Shown here: positions 60,238 to 64,000 of the stretch, one piece after another
Layout: every line of letters starts with the position of its first letter
Numbering within the stretch: position 1 is the stretch's first letter
NCBI GenBank assembly: GCA_963755715.1
Contig: CAVWLW010000033.1
Location: 96,001 to 160,000 of the forward strand
DNA: 64,000 nucleotides
Origin: an uncultured delta proteobacterium
GTDB taxonomy: Bacteria > Desulfobacterota > Binatia > UBA9968
Direction: 5' to 3'
Notes under the pieces: model-generated
Seen by the model: only the letters and a program-made list of their open reading frames with translations
The model's database searches: none
What the model was told of the DNA's origin: nothing
Made by a program: the position numbers and the translations under genes

Positions 60238-61437
60238 TCAAATTTCGAGAAACTGCGGACAATCGGTTAAATTGCGGTTGCCTTTGGCCGTGACCACCAC
60301 GACGTCTTCGAGGCGCACGCCGCCGACGCCGAGATAATACAGGCCGGGTTCGACGGTGACGACGTGACCGGTGCGTAGAATCGCATCGACCGGCGCGATG
60401 CGCGGCGGTTCATGAATATCCAATCCCAAGCCGTGGCCGGTGCCGTGAAAAAAACCTTGCATACGGCCGTTGATGCGGCCGGTGTGAAATCCCCGAGATT
60501 CGAAAAGATTCAAAATATTTTGGTGCACTTCCTTGCCGTTGACACCGTCGCGTATTTGCTCGTAGCCGATTTTCTGTCCCGCTTGCACCGTCGCGTAAAT
60601 TTCCTTGAGCTTGTCCGACGCGCGTCCGCGCACGACGGTTCGGCTGAGATCGCCGAAGTAACCGTTTCGTTGCGAGCGCGGAAAAATATCGAAGATGATC
60701 GACGTATTCGCTTTGATTGGCCCGCTGCCCTCGTGGTGCGGATCGACGCATTGATTGCCGGAAGAGATGATCGTGTGGCTCGGCAGCCAGCCTTGCGCCA
60801 TGATCGTCGTATTGACCGCGGTCTTGAGCATTTCCGAAGTCAATCGCGTTCCATTCAAATAGAGATAACCGTCGCGCTTGGTCCGCGTGCGCTTGAGCAT
60901 GCGGATACCGGCTTCCAGCCCGAGCCGCGCCACCCGTAGCGACTCGGTGATCTGCGCGACTTCGACGCGGTCTTTCGCCTCGCGCTCCGGCCAAAACGGA
61001 TCGCGTTTGATTTGCACGCTGTAGCCTTTGGCGCGCAGTTGGTCGGTGAGCAGCGCCGAGAAATTTGCCGGCACGATCAAAGCGCGGATGCCTCTTTCGC
61101 GAAACAGCAAATCGAGAATGTCGATCATGCCCGCCGGCGCCTTGCCGAGCTTGCGCAGCTTGCGCTGATAGGCCGAGAGCGACAGAACGCGATCGACGTC
61201 GGCCTGCTTCTTGGCGCGGTCGATTTCCAAGTCGCTCATGACGACGAACTTGATTTTTTTGTGCTGAAAAAAAATAAACGGGTCGGGCACGAAAAAGCCG
61301 ACCGCGTAGAGCATGTTCGCGTCGCCCTCGCTGGCGGTGACCATCAAAAGCGCCTGGTCGTTGCGCAATTTTGCCGTGCCTGGGTCGCGCGTGGCCATGG
61401 CTCTCGTCTTGCTGCGGTTGTTTTTTGTTTCGGCCAT
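60238..61437 (-). CDS. M24 family Xaa-Pro peptidase
   Basis: PH, IIFDIFP...GYFGDLSRT, HGTGHGLGLDIHE, TVEPGLY, GGVRLED. Confidence 0.93.
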   Translation of the reverse strand: MAETKNNRSKTRAMATRDPGTAKLRNDQALLMVTASEGDANMLYAVGFFVPDPFIFFQHKKIKFVVMSDLEIDRAKKQADVDRVLSLSAYQRKLRKLGKAPAGMIDILDLLFRERGIRALIVPANFSALLTDQLRAKGYSVQIKRDPFWPEREAKDRVEVAQITESLRVARLGLEAGIRMLKRTRTKRDGYLYLNGTRLTSEMLKTAVNTTIMAQGWLPSHTIISSGNQCVDPHHEGSGPIKANTSIIFDIFPRSQRNGYFGDLSRTVVRGRASDKLKEIYATVQAGQKIGYEQIRDGVNGKEVHQNILNLFESRGFHTGRINGRMQGFFHGTGHGLGLDIHEPPRIAPVDAILRTGHVVTVEPGLYYLGVGGVRLEDVVVVTAKGNRNLTDCPQFLEI

Positions 61438-61548
61438 GAGTTTTTTCGCTCGTGAAAAATTCACAGTGGATCGCTTGATCCGAATAGTAACGCGAGGTCG
61501 CGCCTAGCGCAACTTCGCCGCCTTCATGCGCTCGGCGGCGTAATTCTG

Positions 61549-61576
61549 TTGACACACCAAGGCCGTTTGTTATGAT
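61549..61576 (+). promoter_or_regulatory. Probable sigma70 promoter of the pccB-accC operon
   Basis: TTGACA-16 nt-TATGAT with an extended -10 TG, about 55 nt upstream of the ATG. Confidence 0.6.
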
Positions 61577-61629
61577 GCCGCAACTCGCTCGCGGGAACAC
61601 TTCGATTTCGCTTCTAAGGAATCCTTTTC

Positions 61630-63180
61630 ATGGTCATGATCAACAATTTCGACAAGCTCCGTGAGCTTAATCAAAGGGCCGAGGCTGGGGGCGGAGAAGA
61701 GCGCGCGCGCCGCCAGCACGAACAGGGAAAATTATTGGCGCGCGAGCGCCTCGATATTCTCCTCGACAGCGGCAGCTTCGTGGAGCTCGATCGCTTGCGC
61801 TTGCACGACTGCGTCGAGTTCGGCATGGAAAAGCAGAAATTTCCCGGTGACGCGGTCGTGACCGGTTACGGCGCCGTCGACGGCCGCTCAGTTTATGTCT
61901 ATTCGCAAGACTTCACCGTTTTCGGCGGCAGCTTGAGCCGCGTCGTCGCCGACAAGATTTGCAAAGTGATGGACATGGCGCTGAAGAACGGCGCACCGTT
62001 GATCGGCATCAACGACTCCGGCGGCGCGCGCATTCAAGAAGGCGTCGACAGTCTGGCGGGATACGGTGAGATTTTTCAGCGCAACGTCATGGCATCCGGC
62101 GTCGTGCCGCAAATCACCGCCATTATGGGCCCATGCGCCGGCGGCGCGGTTTATTCGCCGGCAATCACCGATTTCATTTTCATGGTGAAAACCAACAGCT
62201 ACATGTTCATCACCGGCCCCGATGTCATCAAGACCGTGACCCACGAAGAAGTCACCAAAGAAACTCTGGGCGGCGCCGAGACGCACACGGGCACGAGCGG
62301 CGTGGCCCATTTCACCGCCAATACGGAAAAAGATTGTCTGCTGCTGATCCGCGAGCTGATCGGTTTTTTACCGAGCAACAATCAAGAAGAACCGCCTTTT
62401 CATCCGAGCAACGACGATCCGCTGCGCCGCGACAAGCGGCTCAAAGATTTGGTTCCCGATAATCCCAATCGGCCCTATGACATGAAAGAGCTGATCGCGG
62501 CGGTGGTCGATGAAGGCTATTTTTATGAAGTGCAGCCGGAGTTCGCGCGCAATATTCTCATCGGCTTTGCCCACCTCGGCGGCCGCTCGGTGGGGATGGT
62601 CGCCAATCAACCGGCCCATCTGGCGGGCTGTTTGGACATCAACGCTTCCGTGAAGGCGGCGCGCTTTATTCGGTTTTGCGACTGCTTTAATATTCCCGTG
62701 GTGACGTTCGTCGACGTGCCGGGCTTTTTGCCGGGCACGGAGCAGGAATATCACGGCATCATTCGCCACGGCGCGAAGTTGCTCTATGCTTACGCCGAAG
62801 CGACCGTGCCAAAAGTCACCATCGTGACGCGCAAAGCCTACGGCGGCGGTTACATCGTCATGGCGAGCAAGCATCTGCGCGGTGATATTAATTTAGCTTA
62901 TCCGACCGGCGAGATCGCCGTGATGGGACCCGAGGGCGCCATCAATATCGTTTTTCGCGATCAGCTGCAGAAAGCAGCCGATCCCGCCAAAGCACGCGAC
63001 GAAATGGTCACCAACTATCGGGAGACTTTCGCCAACCCCTTCAAAGCCGCGGAGTCGGGCTACATCGATGCGGTGATTTATCCCGAGGACACGCGGCCGA
63101 CGTTGATCCGCGCGCTTGAAATGCTTAAAAATAAACAAGACCACAATCCGCCGAAGAAGCATGGAAATATTCCACTCTGA
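61630..63180 (+). CDS. pccB: Acyl-CoA carboxylase carboxyltransferase subunit (propionyl-CoA carboxylase beta-like)
   Basis: [62 protein letters not shown]. Confidence 0.92.
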   Translation: MVMINNFDKLRELNQRAEAGGGEERARRQHEQGKLLARERLDILLDSGSFVELDRLRLHDCVEFGMEKQKFPGDAVVTGYGAVDGRSVYVYSQDFTVFGGSLSRVVADKICKVMDMALKNGAPLIGINDSGGARIQEGVDSLAGYGEIFQRNVMASGVVPQITAIMGPCAGGAVYSPAITDFIFMVKTNSYMFITGPDVIKTVTHEEVTKETLGGAETHTGTSGVAHFTANTEKDCLLLIRELIGFLPSNNQEEPPFHPSNDDPLRRDKRLKDLVPDNPNRPYDMKELIAAVVDEGYFYEVQPEFARNILIGFAHLGGRSVGMVANQPAHLAGCLDINASVKAARFIRFCDCFNIPVVTFVDVPGFLPGTEQEYHGIIRHGAKLLYAYAEATVPKVTIVTRKAYGGGYIVMASKHLRGDINLAYPTGEIAVMGPEGAINIVFRDQLQKAADPAKARDEMVTNYRETFANPFKAAESGYIDAVIYPEDTRPTLIRALEMLKNKQDHNPPKKHGNIPL

Positions 63181-63183
63181 AGA

Positions 63184-63266
63184 AGGCACTAGGCAACAGG
63201 CAATTAGGCAACAGCGGATTCGCCTCGGTCTCTCAACTATTGCCTGTTGCCTATTGCCTCGTGCCT
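63184..63266. repeat. Inverted array of 7-nt AGGCAAY units between pccB and accC
   Basis: aggcact aggcaac aggcaatt aggcaac ag ... ctattgc ctgttgc ctattgc ctcgtgc ct. Confidence 0.8.
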
Positions 63267-63274
63267 GCCTTCCC

Positions 63275-64000
63275 ATGTTTAAACGCATCCTCATCGCCAA
63301 TCGAGGCGAGATTGCCGTGCGCATCGCGCGCGCTTGCCGCGAGCTCGACATCGAGACCGTTGCGGTTTATTCGGCGGCCGACCGCGAATCTCTGCACGTC
63401 AAATACGCCGACCACGCCTATCCGATCGGACCCGCGCCGTCGATCCAGAGTTATCTGTCGATCGACCGCATTATTGAGGTTTGCAAAAAAAGCCGCGCCG
63501 AAGCGGTGCATCCGGGCTACGGGTTTCTAGCCGAGAACGCGGCGTTTGCCCAGCGCTGCAAGGACGAGGGCATCGTGTTTATCGGCCCATCGCCGCAAGT
63601 GATCGATCAGATGGGCGATAAAGTGAAGGCGCGGCAGATTATGAAAGGCGCCGGCGTGCCTGTAGTGCCGGGATCGGACGGTATTTTGACCTCGGAGGAA
63701 GAGGTCTTAAAGACGATCGAATCGATCGGTTATCCCTGTATGTTGAAGGCGGTGGCCGGCGGTGGCGGCAAGGGGCTGAGGCTCGTCCGTCGACCTCGCG
63801 AGGTATCATCCGCGTTTCGCGCGGTGGGCTCTGAGGCGTCGTCATCCTTCGGCGATGCCCGGCTTTACGTCGAGAAATTCATCGAAAAACCCCGCCACGT
63901 GGAGATTCAAATCCTTGCCGACAGCTACGGTCACGTGATTCATCTCTACGACCGCGAGTGCTCGATTCAGCGGCGCCATCAGAAAGTTCTTGAGGAGTCA
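63275..64000 (+). CDS. accC: Biotin carboxylase subunit (runs off the window end)
   Basis: Manual translation: MFKRILIANRGEIAVRI...HPGYGFLAENA...MGDKV...KAVAGGGGKG...PRHVEIQI...RECSIQRRHQKV. Absent from the ORF track because there is no stop in the window. Confidence 0.93.
   Translation, partial: MFKRILIANRGEIAVRIARACRELDIETVAVYSAADRESLHVKYADHAYPIGPAPSIQSYLSIDRIIEVCKKSRAEAVHPGYGFLAENAAFAQRCKDEGIVFIGPSPQVIDQMGDKVKARQIMKGAGVPVVPGSDGILTSEEEVLKTIESIGYPCMLKAVAGGGGKGLRLVRRPREVSSAFRAVGSEASSSFGDARLYVEKFIEKPRHVEIQILADSYGHVIHLYDRECSIQRRHQKVLEES

Noticed and set aside
1303-63266. Short intergenic repeats as CRISPR arrays
   Set aside because: Units are 7-9 nt, degenerate and inverted, with no unique 30-40-nt spacers and no cas genes.
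1-64000. Mobile elements, prophage, defence systems, tRNA or rRNA genes
   Set aside because: No transposase, integrase, phage structural, restriction or cas motifs, and no cloverleaf or rRNA-like stretch was recognised by eye. The Sir2 fragment looks like housekeeping CobB.

Overview
About 55 genes of ordinary, GC-rich bacterial chromosome. The expanded amidohydrolase, NMT1-type binding protein, ornithine-cyclodeaminase-like, UbiD and MFS families suggest a Deltaproteobacteria-like lineage such as Ca. Binatia; this is inference only. I found no rRNA, tRNA, CRISPR array, transposase, integrase or prophage genes. At least 12 genes are split by small indels, most likely long-read consensus errors. 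Recognisable loci: trpE-trpG with a classical Trp attenuator, IclR plus a FadF-like Fe-S protein, tldD-pmbA, bioB, aas, yfiH/pgeF, a NitT/TauT ABC transporter, mltA, a CDF zinc exporter, mlaC, and pccB-accC. The strongest leads are: (1) an unannotated ~130-nt transcription unit at 59.3 kb with a near-consensus sigma70 promoter, a 16-nt stretch complementary to the 16S rRNA 3' end, a 13-aa CxxC micro-ORF and a long 3' hairpin; (2) a tightly packed operon of Aas, a heme-oxygenase-like diiron/enolase fusion, a GH3 amido-synthetase, a membrane protein and BioB, which looks like an undescribed acyl-amino-acid or biotin-precursor pathway; (3) an archaeal-type ThrRS editing domain inside the Trp-attenuated operon; (4) an archaeal class II GAPDH-like gene; (5) a set of intergenic hairpins built from 7-9-nt tandem units that share architecture but not sequence.
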